Shown: positions 1 through 14,400, counted from the first letter of the stretch. The stretch is DNA of 50,750 nucleotides from Peribolospora baueri (GCA_029717555.1 JAMDHS010000027.1:186001-236750); one strand, 5' to 3'. Numbers and translations: made by a program. Notes: generated by a model from the letters alone, not told the origin.

Positions 1-24
1 GGATCAGACGACGGGCTGGCTCAC

Positions 25-78
25 CGGAGCGATCTCGTCGACCGGGGTGTAAACCAGAGTGCTGTCTTGGGAAGACAT
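25..78 (-). CDS. First exon of a gene running off the left edge; possibly a fatty/aromatic aldehyde dehydrogenase (ALDH3-like)
   Basis: ATG at 78 after a CT-rich leader; 18 codons MSSQDSTLVYTPVDEIAP followed by a GTGAGC donor at 24. YTPxDEI resembles fungal ALDH3 N-termini (from memory). Only 18 aa are visible. Confidence 0.4.
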
Positions 79-998
79 GGCGAGAAATGGGTGCAGGGAC
101 GTGGAGAGGAGGATGAGTGGGTAGCGGCGAGTGGTGGTGAGGTGAAAGTGAGTGTGAGGGGAGGCAGCGTCGGAGAAGGAAGGGGAAGGGAAGTAGACGG
201 ACGAGTGCGGGGCCGTGACGGACCGGGCTTACGCGACGCTTTCCAAGCTGAGCCTCGAGCGGAGATGGGATTTGCACCTGAAAGACGCTGGGCACGTGAT
301 CAGGGGTTCTTTCTCTTCGGAACCCGCTCGCCGCCTTGGCCGCGTCGCCAGGCCGACCTTGGCAACGACTTGCTCTAAGTAGCTACGTGGTCGCCCCACG
401 CACTTATTATTTTCTATCTACTTACGCACTTGTTTGCTTAGTCTACTTGACCCCACCCGGCCGTCCTACTTGCCACTGTGCCGATCCGACGACGGCCTTC
501 CCCACAAACCTCTCCTCGCGCCGTCACGCGCTTCTTGACCGACCCCACCCACCGAGGGTGCGGTACGTACATATACATACATACATACAGTATTCTGGTG
601 TATGTACGTACGGTAGAGCAAGGGGTCGGACGACTAGTGCAACCGACGATCCGAGCGCATACGTCCTCGTTTTGTCCTGTGTAGGTCAATCCAGGTCGTT
701 ACCACAGATCACACACACATACAAAGCCTGTAGAGTGCAGAGCCACGGAGACAAGCAGGGCGGGAAGGAGACGGTGGGGTATGTATGGACTCGTAAGTAT
801 TCCGACCTATGGAAACGGATATGCACCTGTTGTAAATAGCAATGTGGTTGGACGGGACGCAGTAGTACCAAGTAGCAGTAGTAGTCATGACGTTATGACG
901 CCGAGTTCCTGCCGCCTTTGGTGACGCAACATGAGGACGAATGGGTTGTCCTTCACGCCTCTCACCGGCCGCCGGACCCGGACCCCTAACATCCTCTC

Positions 999-3673
999 TC
1001 AACCCGACGTCGCTCCCTTCACGCAGTCTTGCTCCCCCTCTCTCTTCTTCTCCACCTCTGACGATCCCGACGAGCCCTCCGCCTGCCCACCTTCATCCCC
1101 TCCGTCCTCGTACACCTCCCTCCTCACCTCCGTCGGACTTTCCGTCAGCGCCCCACCACCTGCCCTGTCCCCCGCCTCCCTCGCAGAAGCCGCCGCCATC
1201 TCCGCACGCAGCGCGTTCAGCTCCTTCTCGAAGCGGGTGGCGAAGACCTGTCCAGTACGAGTGAAGTGCGATGCGAAACATCATCAGAAAGATCGATATC
1301 GCCCGTTCCAGTAGAGGAGGGTGAGGCACTGAACGACGCCATCGGAACTCACATCCACGTAAAAAGTCGCCCCGTTCCACACGCTCAGAGTGAAAATCCC
1401 GACCAGGAAGCAGGCCGTGGCGACCGACGAGTCGTAGAACACACAGAACGCCGGAAGCTTTTGCCGTACGAGCATAACGAGCGCGACGTAGCCACCACTG
1501 GTTAGACGGATCCGCGACGACACCTGCGGGAGGAGAGACCGAAGGGACTCACCATCGTCAAGATAGTATAAATAAATTGCATCGCTGGTTCACCGGGCAC
1601 GAAACGTCAATCCAGCTTTAGTTCTCGGTTGGGACGTCGGAAGAGACGTCCACCAGAACTCAATTTTCTCTCACCCATGAAGGTGAACTCGCGGTAATTC
1701 TCTGGAACTTTGCCGAGCACCTTGCCGATGGACGACTTATGGTCGCTCGCCTGCGTGTACATGCGCCCGGTATAGCCTGTCAGTGGGCGGAACTCCCACA
1801 CCACACGGGTAGCTTTATCGTGCAAGAGGGACCGATGAGCCCCTCACCAGGAAACTGAAACTCGTCATCCTCTGACCACGCTTGATCTTTTGTGCCTGGC
1901 GAACGCTCAGCATGCGCCAGTATCCGAGCTGCCATATCGAGTACCTAAACGAAGCAAGCATTGACGCGAGACGTCAGCCGATTTGCCATTTATTTCGCGC
2001 GAACGCTCAGGCGCGCAAACGAAGAGCCCCACCCACACTGCGATGTTGAAATAGAGCGCTCTGCCCATGCTCAGATGCGGCAGCTTGGCCAGCGCCGGGA
2101 AGCGCTTTAGCGCTACGTCCTGTGCGCCGCGTGTTCGCACGATGCGACGTTAAGAAGAGATGGACACAAACGTGACAGGCAGGGTTGCGCGACCTCGCCC
2201 GGGAGAAAGGGAGGAGTCATGTTTACCCACCGTTCGAAGGAAGTGTCTGATCGTGCTGAAGACGAACGGAGGGTAGAGATGGATGAAGAGCGAGGTGACC
2301 TTGTCAAGCGAGTGGAAGACGAGCGAATTGCGCCACGCCATGACCGCCCAGGCGAGCGGCCCGTGGGCAATACAATAGCAAGTCGCGAGCAAGAAGGGCG
2401 ACTCCGGGAAAATCCAAATGTAGATCAGATTGAGAACGTTGGCGAAGTAGCTGTGGGGAGAAGGAATAGCGCGCCGATCGGCACCGTCATCCCTACGTGC
2501 GCTTGACACGCCTACAACCCTCCACTAAAACTCTTCGCAAACTCTCACCAGTAGTCCGCTAGGAAGTAGTGCCAGCTCTTCTTCTTGTATCTGGATTCGT
2601 TCAATAATTTAGAGAGAGGTGTTCAGTCATTTCGAGCAGCGATACGCACCTGCGCCGTCGCACTACATTACTTACGTGAAGTAGCGAATAGGCAAAAAGT
2701 ACAACGCTTGCACGGTGTACCAGACGTGGATGTACTCCGGGGCGAGGCCGAACAATAGTGATGAGGCGAAGAGATTCATGACTCCGAGCATGAAAGAGAA
2801 CTGCGCATAGGAGTAAAAAACGCAAGAAGGTTAGTCACAAGTGTCGTCGAATACGACAGACGGCAACTGGACGGGACGGAGGCCCACCTTTTCCCGCAGT
2901 TTGACCACTTTGGCGTCTTGCCAATTTCGCGAGAACTTGTTGACCCTCGCCGATATCTATATGCGGTGACGACGTACGCCCTTAGAACCCCCATATGCCA
3001 CACAGGTAGGGCGCCCGTCTCTTTACGCTCACCTTCACCATTGCCTTCTGCAGTTCGGCGTCTAAACGCTCCATCTCCTTCGGGGACATGCCGAGGCCTG
3101 AGCCAGCTTTTCCGACAGACTTCTTTGCCTGCCTGACCAGCTCCTCGCGTCGCTTTCTGGCACGATACTTCATTTGACGGAAGATCTCCTGGCGTTTGCG
3201 CTCCATCAGGTCTACGCGGGAATCAATGAACGTCTCGAAGAAGTCTGGAAGATCGGAAAAACGAGAGAGACGAGCGATAAGCGACGGGCGCCCACCAAGG
3301 GAGCAACTGCAAAATGAACAATTGACTTACCAAGCAGAGGCGACTCTCCTTCGCGAAGGTCTCTCCATCCGGCCCGTACCCCGCTCTCACCACCGCTGGT
3401 GCTGTTGCTTCTGCTCAGAGCGGGTGTAGTCGCACCGGAGCTCAAGCCGCTCGCGTTCCCGTCTCCCTCGGTATCCGAGAAGACCATCTCGGCGGCGTCG
3501 GCATAGTCCCCGCCCTCGGCTTCGTCCTCGCTGTCATCTAGAGCGGAGGCGCGTAGAATTGGTTCTTTCGCGTCCGAAGGTGGAGCGACGGGTGCGGCAG
3601 AGTCCCCAGTAGCGCCATCGGGCGCAGTGGTCGGGTCTGGGAGAGGGAGGTCGAAGGCGACCGTACCGCTCAT
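999..3673 (-). CDS. GPC1: Glycerophosphocholine acyltransferase Gpc1 (DUF2838), multi-exon membrane protein
   Basis: Spliced exons give KKSWHYFLADYC-YFANVLNLIYIWIFPES...AWRNSLVFHSLDKVTSLFIHLYPP...GQRMTSFSFL...WNGATFYVD-VFATRFEKEL. ATG 3673 (MSGTVAF), stop at 999. The introns I traced are GT-AG. Confidence 0.88.
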
Positions 3674-3968
3674 TATCCGTGGGCAAAGAGCAACGTTAGC
3701 AGAGCGTGTCTTGGAGGCGAGGGTGTATACGGTAATTGAGAGGAGCTCAATACCGACAAGTGGTGGCCGTATGTATGACGTCGGCCTCCGTCTCGACTCC
3801 TTCCGGCTGATTACGTCCTGACGTGAGCATCGCGATGCGTCTGCCGCAGCACAGCTAATTGCTTGCCAGCCGGCGTTCCTCTCCACCTGACCAAACGAAG
3901 ATCGACAGACGATCATCGACGGTCGAGGCGGAACAGATAGCAGCAGCGCAACTCGCAGAGCAGGTGTG

Positions 3969-6900
3969 ATGGCAGATTTCAACGACGTGGACAAGCTGCT
4001 TGTCAAGCTGAGAGGGTTCGTAGGTGAGACGGTGGCCGTGTTGATAAGTGTCGTCCTCCCGTGAAATGCACGCTGATGCCGCGTTTGCACGCGTTCAGAC
4101 GCTGACAAGAAGGTGGATTGTTTGACCGAGCTCGAGGCGGAACTCAAGAGTGGCACCTCGGTGAGTGAGATGCAGACCGACGCTTGTCGTTTCTCTTCTG
4201 ACTGTCCATCCTCTTTTCAACGGTCATGTAGCTCCAAGACCCTGACGCTGCGACCGGTATCCTCAAGCTGTGCCTTCGTGCACCGCAACACGCGTTATCG
4301 GCGGCCACCGTCAGTTTCCTGCCTTTCTACCTCACCCTCCTTTACGACGCGTCCTCGACGTCCGTCAACCCGCTTTCCCAACACCATGTCCGTTCTGCCT
4401 TGACCGCTTTCCTCACTCCTGGCGGTGGCTCTGTCCTCGATCGGTTGAGCGACGCCAGGGAGAAAGTTCGCGAGGCGGCCAAATCCACGCTGCTCGAGTC
4501 AGCCAAGGCGGCGCTCGTGGTGGGTGGCGGTAAAGCCATCAGTAAGGCTGCCGGTGACAGAGAGACAGCCATGGGCATCTTCGAGAGGTGTCTCAGAGAA
4601 GGAGGGTTGGGTGCAAAGAACTGGAAAGTCAGAGAGCAGGTGAGTAGCGAAGGATTCGCGATCGGTGGCCACTCGCCCTGGCGCCACACCGTTCCTGACG
4701 AATTTGTTCGGCTTGAATTTCGGCCCGGAATACCATCCAGTCTCTCCACGTCTTCCCTCTTTTGCGCACCTTGCCCGCTTTCCCCCTTCGTCCGTACGTT
4801 CCCGCGCTGGTCGGCCTTCTCGAGGACTCGGACGGCACGGTACGCGACGTAGCACGCCATGCTGTCATCTCCGTCTTCTCTCCCGCGTCGGCGGCGGCGA
4901 AGACAGACTTGAAGAACACGATCGAAAAGAAAGGCGTGCGAAAGAGCATCGCCGAAGCCGTCCTGTCCGCCGTCTTCAGCCACCCCAGCGCTGCTACCGC
5001 CGTCAAGGAGGGGCATTCAGCGTCTACTGGTAGCGATAAGGGCTCTAGTCCCGCCGCAAGTAGCACGAACCTCGCGACCGCCGCCCCTGAGCAGGCGTCA
5101 GACGGACCGTCCAGCGGGGCCGCACCGAGGCCGGGAGCAGCGACTCCCACCACTGGGCCCGAAGACAACTTGGATCCAGTATATGTGAGTCTTTCTACTC
5201 CTCTCTGTGGTGAGACCCCGCTTATACTCATCATCCCTGTTTGTTCAGGTTGGTTCTCGCTCCGACCTAGAGCGACAATTCGCCGTCATGCTACCTTTCT
5301 TTCAAGTAAGTCACAGTTCCTTGTGTGGTTCCGATCTTCGTCTCACAACATGAGCTTCGCTGCTTGTATCCTCCAGGGCAAGGAAACCGAACACAACTGG
5401 TCTTCTCGAGAACAGTCGGTGGTCAAGCTTCGAAGGATGCTGCGAGGGCAGGTCCATGTCGAATACCCAGACGCCTTCTTAGCAGGTCTGAAATCCTGTC
5501 AGGAAGGCCTTTTGAAGACAGTGAGTAGACCTTATTTTCGGGAGCTTGGCACTGTCGCCCACTAATTCTTCTACCTATGGCGTTCTGTTTTCAGCTCGCG
5601 TCTTTGCGGACAACTGTGTCCATGAACGCGATCTCCCTGATTCGGGACTTGGCAACATACCTCGGCCCGGCGATCGACTCTATGTCCGACACACTTCTCT
5701 CCAACCTTCTCCGTATGGCATCGTTCACGAAGAAGATCATTGCGGCGGCCGCCCAGGCTGCCGTGGCCGCCATCTTGGAAGCCATTCCTCCTCACGCAAA
5801 GGTGATCAACCAACTGGTCCAGACTGCAGGCGAAAAGAACGTCCAGAGCCGCGTGTACGGCTTTCAACACATTGCCACCGTCTTGCGCGCTCACTGTAGA
5901 ACACAACGAGGCATGCTGGAGCAGGGAGGCGGATTAGACACAATCCAGAACTCCATCAAAAAGGGTCTCGGGGACGCCAACAAGGACGTGAGGGAGAAGG
6001 CAAGAGCGACGTTTTGGGCGTTTCACGCCGTGTGGCCTGGCCCGGCTCAGGCAATGATGACCAAATTGGACGGCGTGGCACAGAAGCAGCTCCAGCTGTC
6101 AGCGCCAGATGGACCTGATCTGGCCGTGATCGACTCAGCCAAGTCGACGCCGAAGAGGACCAACATCAGAGCTGCTATTGCGGCACGAGGCGGTGCCAGG
6201 GGTGGCCTCGCCTCAAAGCCGGGGACACCAAGGGCCGCAACCCTGAGGCAACCTGCTCCGAAACCGAGCCCTGGACAACTCGCTGAGGCAGAAGCCACTC
6301 CCCTACCACCTTCTCCAACACCGAGCTCGTCCGGTTCGCCGCGCGCGAGGGCGCGATCGCCCCAAATGAGCCCGCCTTCCCGACCGCTATCGATTGTGGG
6401 CTCTGCCTCACCTACGGCTCGGATGTCTACGGCCCAGCCATCCACGACGACTAGGCCTCTAAGCCTTCACGGGGGCAAGTCGTCGAGCGGCCTCGACGTC
6501 TCGCGCCTGTCTAACACGCCTCAGGGATCACATTCCGTCATTCGTCCATCACTGCGCGGTCGTTCCTCGTCAGGCGGATCCTCTGGTATGAGCCCCATGA
6601 TGCGGCCGTCCCCTTTGAGTCGTTCTCGAGGGCCGTCGGACATGGAATATGACGCGATGGCTTCCACGCCGACGGCGGGTCGAGGTCTGTTGGGATCTGC
6701 GACGTCGCCGACGCCGACGCCGGGACGCGACCTGATGGACCTTGGCAGCGACGACGACACGATCCAGTTGGCTGCCAAAGTCCCTCTTCCTTCCGACGCG
6801 CTCGATGGAGACTCTTTCTACGGCCAGGACCTGATCAGCTTTTCGAGCTCGCCGTCGGCGCGGAATCAGGCGCTCCCACGTGCGATGGTGGGACGACGTG

Positions 6901-8364
6901 TGCTTGAGCGAGACTCGACTCATGAGGACGTACTCAGAAAGGAGGTTGCTGAAGCGCACGAGGAAGCGGGCCGGTTCTTGGACCTCATGGGCACGTCGCC
7001 GCCAGCCTCTTCGGCTTCTCAGTTGACCGCCGATCAAACCACGCCTGGCAAGCCTCCTGTTTCTCTGCCTTCAGTAACGGCACTGTCTTCTTCAGTGCAC
7101 ACGGCGCATACTCCAGCCCGGCCCGCCATGGACGGAGAAGCGATCGAAGCAGAAGCCGACTCTCCCTTCGGAGCAAAGCCGATTCGAGCCGACTCGAGCA
7201 ACTCTCAGCCGACGAACTGGTTTCTGCGCAAGGCGATGAGGCTGGACGCGATGTCGAAGGGCTCGCCCTTGACGAGGGAGCGGAGCGAGGTCCAGGCTTG
7301 GATCAAAGCTATACTCGAAGGTTCCGCGGACGTGCAGACATTCAGGAAACTGAGGAAGCTCAGCAAGGAGCAGCGGATCGCTCTTGGCACCGATTCAGAG
7401 GATACGGCTTCGAGCGATGGCCACGCGCTCGTGCCCGGTGCCAATGCCGGCGCGACCGACCAGCGCTTCGCCGAAGAGAACGAGGCAGATGACGAATTTT
7501 CGGCGTGGAGAGAGGGTCGGCTTTTCGAAGAGCTGTTTGCAGCGCTCCAGATGTTCCTCAGAGAAACGGGTAAAGTGAGTCGCCGCGACGATTTTATGAC
7601 GAACGTTACCTTGTCGAAATTGAAGTACGCCTTTCTTCCAACTATCCATTTTGGCTCAGGCTCCCGATGCTCGAGCAGCGGCGATAACTCTGCTGCAAAG
7701 CCTGGTCGATCACGAGTTTCCCCTATTCGCAGGCCACGAACATGACCTGCTCTTCCTGCTTTTCGATTTGCGGAAGGAGACCGAGCCGACTGTGAGATCT
7801 ATATCGGGAATATTGGTCCGATGAAGCCAGTCATGCCAAGACCGATTCATTGATCTTCATTCATTATCCTCTTCTACTTGCTCAGATGAACAACGGGACT
7901 TTCGCCATCATTCAAAGCTGGGCTCGTCGCACGGACCCTATCTTAGGCCTGGGGTCGCTACAACTCATCATGCAGCGCTCTCTTGCCGTTTCGGCGTCTG
8001 ACGCTCCCGTGCGTCTTCGTCTGTATACCTTCGGCTTGGATGCCATGGCGACTGTTATGGGACGACTGCCAGCTGTCGTGCTCGAGGACGAGCTGCCGAG
8101 AGTCAAAGGCATGCTCAAGGAGGTGAGGACCACTACACCCATTGCCAAATTTTCTATCCGTCGACAATTTTACGCTGACTTGTTGCTTTCTTTTTTGTGC
8201 TGTAGGCACTGAATGACTCGAACGTGGCGCTTCGGATGTCCACAATTAGGGTGATCGTCGCCTGCCACAAGGTGATGCAGGACGAGACGCAGCTTTTCAC
8301 TTTGCTTGCGCCCCTGTCGAGGGATCAGACGAACCTCCTCACCTACTACGCCGCCAAGGGCTGA
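3969..8364 (+). CDS. STU1: CLASP-family microtubule-associated protein Stu1 (TOG/HEAT repeats, Ser/Pro-rich linker)
   Basis: Exons encode LDRLSDAREKVRE, KNWKVREQ, LLEDSDGTVRDVAR, GKETEHNWSSREQS, SLRTTVS, KKGLGDANKDVREKAR and C-terminal NLLTYYAAKG*. The start ATG at 3969 (MADFNDVDKLL) is inferred from splice-phase continuity. Confidence 0.88.
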
Positions 8365-8640
8365 GCTTTCCTCAAATGTCGTACTTTATTTCTTTTGTAT
8401 CGAGTGGATGGAAGGAGTGCTTCGAGATGCGCTTGTATCACCAACACGCTGCTTCGATACCCTTGCATTGTGGACGACGTTTGCTAAATGAATTCGAGCG
8501 TCCCTGGTCACGCGTGCGGCAATTCCGTTTCATCGTCACGTGCTCGATTGGATACTGTGGGGTAAAGATGATGGGTGTGGATATCGACCACCACGACCTT
8601 TATCGACCAGTTGGAAGAAGGACCATCGCAACCAGACAAA

Positions 8641-10151
8641 ATGCGCCATCCATACCGGTTTGCCGCCTTAGTCAGTCTCGCCATTTCAGCTCAGTCGGTA
8701 TGGGGTCTCCCGACGATGCCGTCTCTTTCGACCGCCGTTGAGGATAAGAGGCCAGAAGTGCGGCCGCACCCGCTAGTCATCTGGCATGGTCTCGGTGACA
8801 CTTACAACGGCGCAGGCATCCTGGCGCTCGAAAGCCAGGTCAAGAAAATGTATCCCGGTATTTTTGTACACAGCGTAGCCGTTATGGATGATCCGTCGAG
8901 CGATGAAAGGGCGGGATTTGTGAGCGTCGTCCATGGCGGACTCGGATGTCTTGACGAAGGCGCAGACGTCGATCTTTGGTCTCCAGTCATTTTGTGGTTT
9001 TACTACGATTATCACTAATCATTTTGTACTCCTTTCCCTACACCGCTGGCTCATCATTCAGTTCGGCAATGCCAACGACCAACTCGCCAAGGTCTGTCTT
9101 CAGCTCGCTGCACTACCGGAGCTCGATAATGGCTTTGACGGTGAGAGTCTTTGCGGAAACACAAAGCTGATCAGGTGAGCTTTTGTCTCATGTTGCTTGT
9201 GTCACTCGCTCCTCCCCATCCGTCTGCAGCAATCGGCTTCTCGCAAGGAGGTCAATTCTTGAGAGCCTACGTTCAGCGATGCGGAAGCGGCCCTGGCGGG
9301 AGGAAGGTTAGGAACTTGGTCACGTTCGGATCGCAACACATGGTGAGCAAAAGTAGTCTATGTGCGAGCTTGCAGATTATCAGCGGTGCTGAGCTATTAT
9401 GACGCTGTGATTCTATCTTGAGTTAGGGTATCGCTGCTTTCCCATTGTGTAGGCCAGCTGATCTCCTGTGCAGGTTGGCGGAAGCGGCAGCCAGGGGTGG
9501 CGTCTATTCACACTACGCGCAGGAGAACCTCATCCAGGTGAGCATTTCCTGCTAAATAATTTGCGTGACCACGCATCTCCGCCTTGTAGACACGCAATCC
9601 GAACGCAGCTTAGTTGTCTCTAACGACTTCTGCTCCAGGCGCAATACTATCGCGATCCGGCGCACTACGAAAGGTACCTCGCCGCCAATGCGTTCATCGC
9701 GGACCTGAACAACGAAATGCCCGCTTCGTCACCGACGCGTAACGAGACGTACAAGTCGAATTTGCTGGAGCTGGCGAACTTTGTGATGATCATGTTCACG
9801 CGCGACAAGACGGTGGTGCCAAGGGAGAGCTCTTGGTTCAGCTCGTACCCTGTTCCGGACAACTCCACCGAGTTGGAAAGCTGGGGAGATCCGCCTGTGC
9901 CCCTGCCGCTGCGAGAGAGCCCGATCTACTTGGAGGACCACCTCGGGTTGAAGGAGCTGGACGAGCAGGGCAGGCTCTCGTTTGTTGAGTGTGAGGGAGA
10001 GCACATGCAGATCTCGAAAGAGTGCTTACTCAACGTGTTAGTCAACTACGTTGGCTCGCCGCTGGAAAAGGTTGATCATTGGAAGACGAGATGGGACGAG
10101 GAACAGGTCCCCGAATCGTCACTCGTCTTTCAAGCAGTAGTGACGAGCTGA
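8641..10151 (+). CDS. PPT1: Palmitoyl-protein thioesterase 1-like alpha/beta hydrolase with signal peptide
   Basis: N-terminal signal peptide MRHPYRFAALVSLAISAQSVWG; PLVIWHGLGD; nucleophile elbow IGFSQGGQFLRAYVQRC; NLVTFGSQHMG; DKTVVPRESSWF (Asp); GEHMQI (His). Confidence 0.92.
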
Positions 10152-10669
10152 TGGTCATGCCTAGTCATGTATTTCCCAACCTATTTACTTTCATGTCCTT
10201 GGGAATTTGTCGCGAAGCGTTTCGATTGCCACATTTTCCAGTACTCTTATATCGCGTCCAACGCCCTCTTGACGAAGGGCTTCACTTTTGTCCGCCTTGC
10301 CCCGTCACACTTAACGCTCGGTGGGGAGCGTCCAGGCCGAGCATGCCTTATGCCGTCACCACCGCTCAGTCACCTTACTCAAGTGAGCGGGGTTTTCCAG
10401 CTGTCCAGATCGCTAGACGTCGACGTCCTCGTTGACCAAGCTGAAGTAGTTTGGTGGTAGTAGGCACATATGGCTACCGAATGTATCCTCTTGGCGACCA
10501 CTGGCCTGTCCCCGAATTGTTGCCGCAGCTCGTGCACAGGCCAGCCAGCACGGCGGTAGGCGGGCGGCGTGCATGATCGGACTGGGCTGGCCGCCGCGGG
10601 GGGGGTGGGGGTGGACGAGGAGAACGTCGACGACGACGACGACTTCTTGCCTCAAGGTCCTTCAGTGAG

Positions 10670-13600
10670 ATGCGGGTCACTCCACTTTTGCTCCTCTTGG
10701 GGAGCGTCTCTTCCCTTCTCCCAGCTGTCGTCGCTGTGCGTCCGAACGACTTCAAGACGTGCGAACAGTCCGGCTTCTGCAAGCGCCTGCGAAGGCTGTC
10801 CACGCTTCGCGACGAGGATCCGACCAACTGGGAGTCTCCCTACAGTATACCGTCCTCTTCTCCTCCCCGTTTCTCTGCTACTGGGGGCACACTGGTTGCT
10901 AGCGTTCGCCCCGCATATCACCCCGATACCAAATTTGAGCTGCAGGTCCGCTTTCACGATGATGGCACCGCTCGGGTGCGCATGGATGAGGTCGCCGGCC
11001 TGAGGAAGAGGTACGACGAGGCCGAGAATTGGGTAGTTGAGAAGCAGCCTACGCTGGAGACTAGGGAGGGCGCATACGAGTGGAGCGAAGGCAACGGCGA
11101 AACCACCATCAAGTGAGTCTTGTCCTGGTTCGTCGCGTACCTCATCACCTGCGTCGTCTAACTAAACATTCCTCCGGGTGCCCTTCTCAGGTTTGGCCCT
11201 TCGAAGACGCACTCTTTGCACTTGACCCACTCCCCCTTGAAGCTCATCTTTGCTCGCGATGGCGTTCCTCAGATCGTGCTCAACGAGCGCGGCTTGCTGC
11301 ACATGGAACATTTCCGCAACAAGCCCGATGTCCAGACTGCCGCTGAATCCGCCCAGGAAGGACAAGCTGGGGCAGAAGCGGCCGAAGAAAAGGAGAAATT
11401 GGTCATACAGGAGCAAAAGGGGGCCACTGGCCTTGATCCCGGCGCAGGCCAGCGGTGGAAAGGCTTTACTGAAGAGGTGGACGGCATGTGGGAGGAATCG
11501 TTCAACGGAAAGAGAGATTCAAAGCCAAAAGGTCAGCGCACTTTGCTCATCTGTATTCTGCTCTTACATACGGACGTGATTAACGGTCAGTTTTTTTTTT
11601 TCCTTCTTCCCGTCCTCCATGTAGGACCCGAGGCCCTCTCCCTTGACATCAGTTTCCCTGGCAAGGAGTTTGCGTACGGTATCCCTGAGCATGCTAGCCC
11701 TCTCAACCTGCGTAATACTCGGTGAGTCGAGAACTGCACCGAAAGGCTGTTGAATTTCGGTTTTGACACTCGTTGTCTTCGCTCTTCGGCAGTGGCGGTG
11801 ACGACGCATTCACTGAGCCGTATCGGCTCATGAACACCGACGTCTTTGAGTACGAGAACGACTCTCCCATGTCTCTGTACGGCTCAGTGCCACTCATGTA
11901 CGCCCATGCGTCCAACTCGACTGTTGCCATTTTCTGGCTTTCCGGCTCGGAGACTTGGATCGACATCGAGCGCGTCCCTTCCTCCTCTTCCCTTCTCGGT
12001 ATCGGGAGCAACAAGCGCGACACCCAGACCCATTGGTTCAGCGAAAGCGGCATTCTCGATCTGTTTATCTTCTTGGGACCCGATGCACCCACCATTATGG
12101 ACCAGTACACCAGCCTGACCGGGCGAACAGCCCTTCCGCAGATGTTCGCGATCGGGTATCACCAGTGCAGGTGGAATTACCTCTCTACGGACGACGTCCT
12201 CGGCGTCGACGCAAAGTTTGACGAGGCGGACATCCCCGTGGACGTGATTTGGCTCGATATCGAGTATGCTGAAGAGCACAAGTACATGGTCTGGGATGAA
12301 GACGCTTTCCCCAACCCTGACAAGATGCTCGAGGTCCTGGACGGCAAGAACAGAAAGGTGAGAAGCCATCGTTTTATCCCGCTGTCTTCCTCGGCACTAA
12401 ATATGTACATTTGCGTCGTTTTCCATCCTCTCCTCCAGCTCGTTGTCATCGTGGATCCGCACTTGAAGAAGACGGAGGATTTCTACCTTTACAAGGAAGC
12501 TAAGGACAACGGTCTCTTCGCGACGACCGCAGACGGCTCGGAGTACGAGGGCTGGTGCTGGACCGGCGCGGCTGCTTGGTTGGACTTTTTCAATCCGAAG
12601 AGCTTCGATTGGTGGAAGGGTCAATTCGACTTTAAGAAGTGGAAGGTGAGTGGGCTGATTCGACTTATTCGATGAGTATGCAAGTAACTGAGAGCGAACG
12701 AACTGGCTTCTTCACTCAGTATTCCGCCGGGAACCTGTTCATCTGGAACGACATGAACGAGGTGAGTGATGAAAGCTTCCTGCTGAAATGGTGCAGTTTC
12801 AACCCGCTCACTTTTTTCAAATCGGTGCGGCCTCTGCACTTCCGATAGCCTGCCATTTTCAACGGACCGGAGATCACCTCGCCCAAGGACAACGTCCACT
12901 TTGGGGGATGGGAGCATCGCGACATTCACAACATCAACGGCATGATTTTCGTGGGTTTACCGCGAGCTTCCGGTCACCTATTGTTTGGATGACACTGACT
13001 AACAACTGGATTGGGACGCATTTTTTCCTTGTAGCACAACGCCACCGGGCAGGCCTTGATTGCTCGCGAGTCGCCGGCGAAGCGGCCATTCGTTCTTTCG
13101 CGTTCCTGGTTCGCGGGCTCCCAGAGATACGGCGCCATTTGGACTGGCGATAACCAAGGCACTTGGGAGCATCTCGCTGTGTCAGTCCCGATGAATCTGG
13201 CTAACGGTATTGGCGGTATGACTTTCAGCGGGGCCGACATCGGCGGCTTCTTCGGCAATCCCTCTCCGGAGATGCTCGTGCGATGGTATCAGGCTGGAAT
13301 CTTCGAGCCGTTCTTCCGCGCTCACGCTCACATCGACACCAAGCGACGCGAGCCTTATCTCCTTGAAGAGCCTTACCGCTCCTACGTGCGGGACCTCATC
13401 CGCCTTCGATACGCCCTCCTTCCCGCTTGGTACACGGCCTTCAAAGAGGCCAACACGAACGGCATGCCCGTCTTGAGGCCTCACTATCTGATGTTCCCCG
13501 ACGATGTTAAAGGTTTTTCCATCGATGACCAGTTCTATGTCGGCTCGTCCGGCCTGCTCGTCAAGCCGGTCGTGAAGCAGGGCGCGGAAGAGGCGGACGT

Positions 13601-14400
13601 CTATTTGGCCGAGGACCAGGTGAGCAAGAGTTACACGGCTTAGAGGTAATATATCGCTTATATAGCGCTCGTGATTGCATCCCCATCGTCGCCCGCAGCC
13701 GTATTACGATTACTTCACCCACGAAATCTACCCTGGCTCAGCGACCGGTCGTCACACCAAAGTGGGAGCCCCTCTCTCCTCGAAGATGCCGCTTTTCCAC
13801 CGCGGTGGCTCCATCTTGCCGCTTCGCCCGCGGGTGCGCCGGTCGGCGGAGCTCATGTGGCGCGACCCCGTGTCGTTGGTCGTCGCCTTGAACAAGCCGG
13901 CATCTTCGAAGGATGGACAGCAGTCGAGGGCAGAGGGCTTCCTCTATCTCGACGACGGCAGCACATACGATTATGAGAAGGGCGCATTCATCTGGCGCAA
14001 GTTTACTTTTGTGTCAGACCGAGACGGCACGCAGGTCCTCGCCAGCCGCGACGTCCTCACTGAGCGTCGTGGGTCTGACGAAGTCGAGGTGCGCGGCCCC
14101 ACCGGCAATGCCTTCGCTCGTGCCCTTGCCGAGGCGGGCGTCCGTGTGGACAAGGTGGTCGTCCTTGGTCTTGACAAGGCTCCGTCGCAGGTCAAGCTCA
14201 AGTCCAACGCCGGCCACGGCGACGACGGCCGCCAGCTCGAGTTCAAATTCACGCCGGGCGCCTCCGCCAGTGCTAGCGCCGGGGGTAGCGTCCTCGGTTC
14301 GCTTGGCGGGGTCAGCTCGAGCGCAGGCAAAGCTAGCGAGCTGGTTATCAAAGATCCTCAGGCGAGCGTGGTGGAAGATTGGGAGATCGTGTTCATGTGA
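10670..14400 (+). CDS. ROT2: ER alpha-glucosidase II catalytic (alpha) subunit, GH31
   Basis: Signal peptide then FKTCEQSGFCKRLR; WEESFNGKRDSKPKGPE; GYHQCRWNY; WLDIEY; catalytic WNDMNEP; WTGDN; FFRAHAHIDTKRREP. Confidence 0.96.

Noticed and set aside
566..612. (TACA)n/GTAC-rich tract upstream of the left-edge gene
   Set aside because: Short microsatellite-like sequence with no further structure supporting a function.
3674..4156. Upstream extension of the 314-aa ORF 3212..4156 and other long antisense or off-frame ORFs (e.g. 33828..34592, 47935..48888, 22325..23086, 35077..35757)
   Set aside because: They overlap better-supported genes or read as Arg/Pro/Ser-rich GC shadows with no domain motifs.
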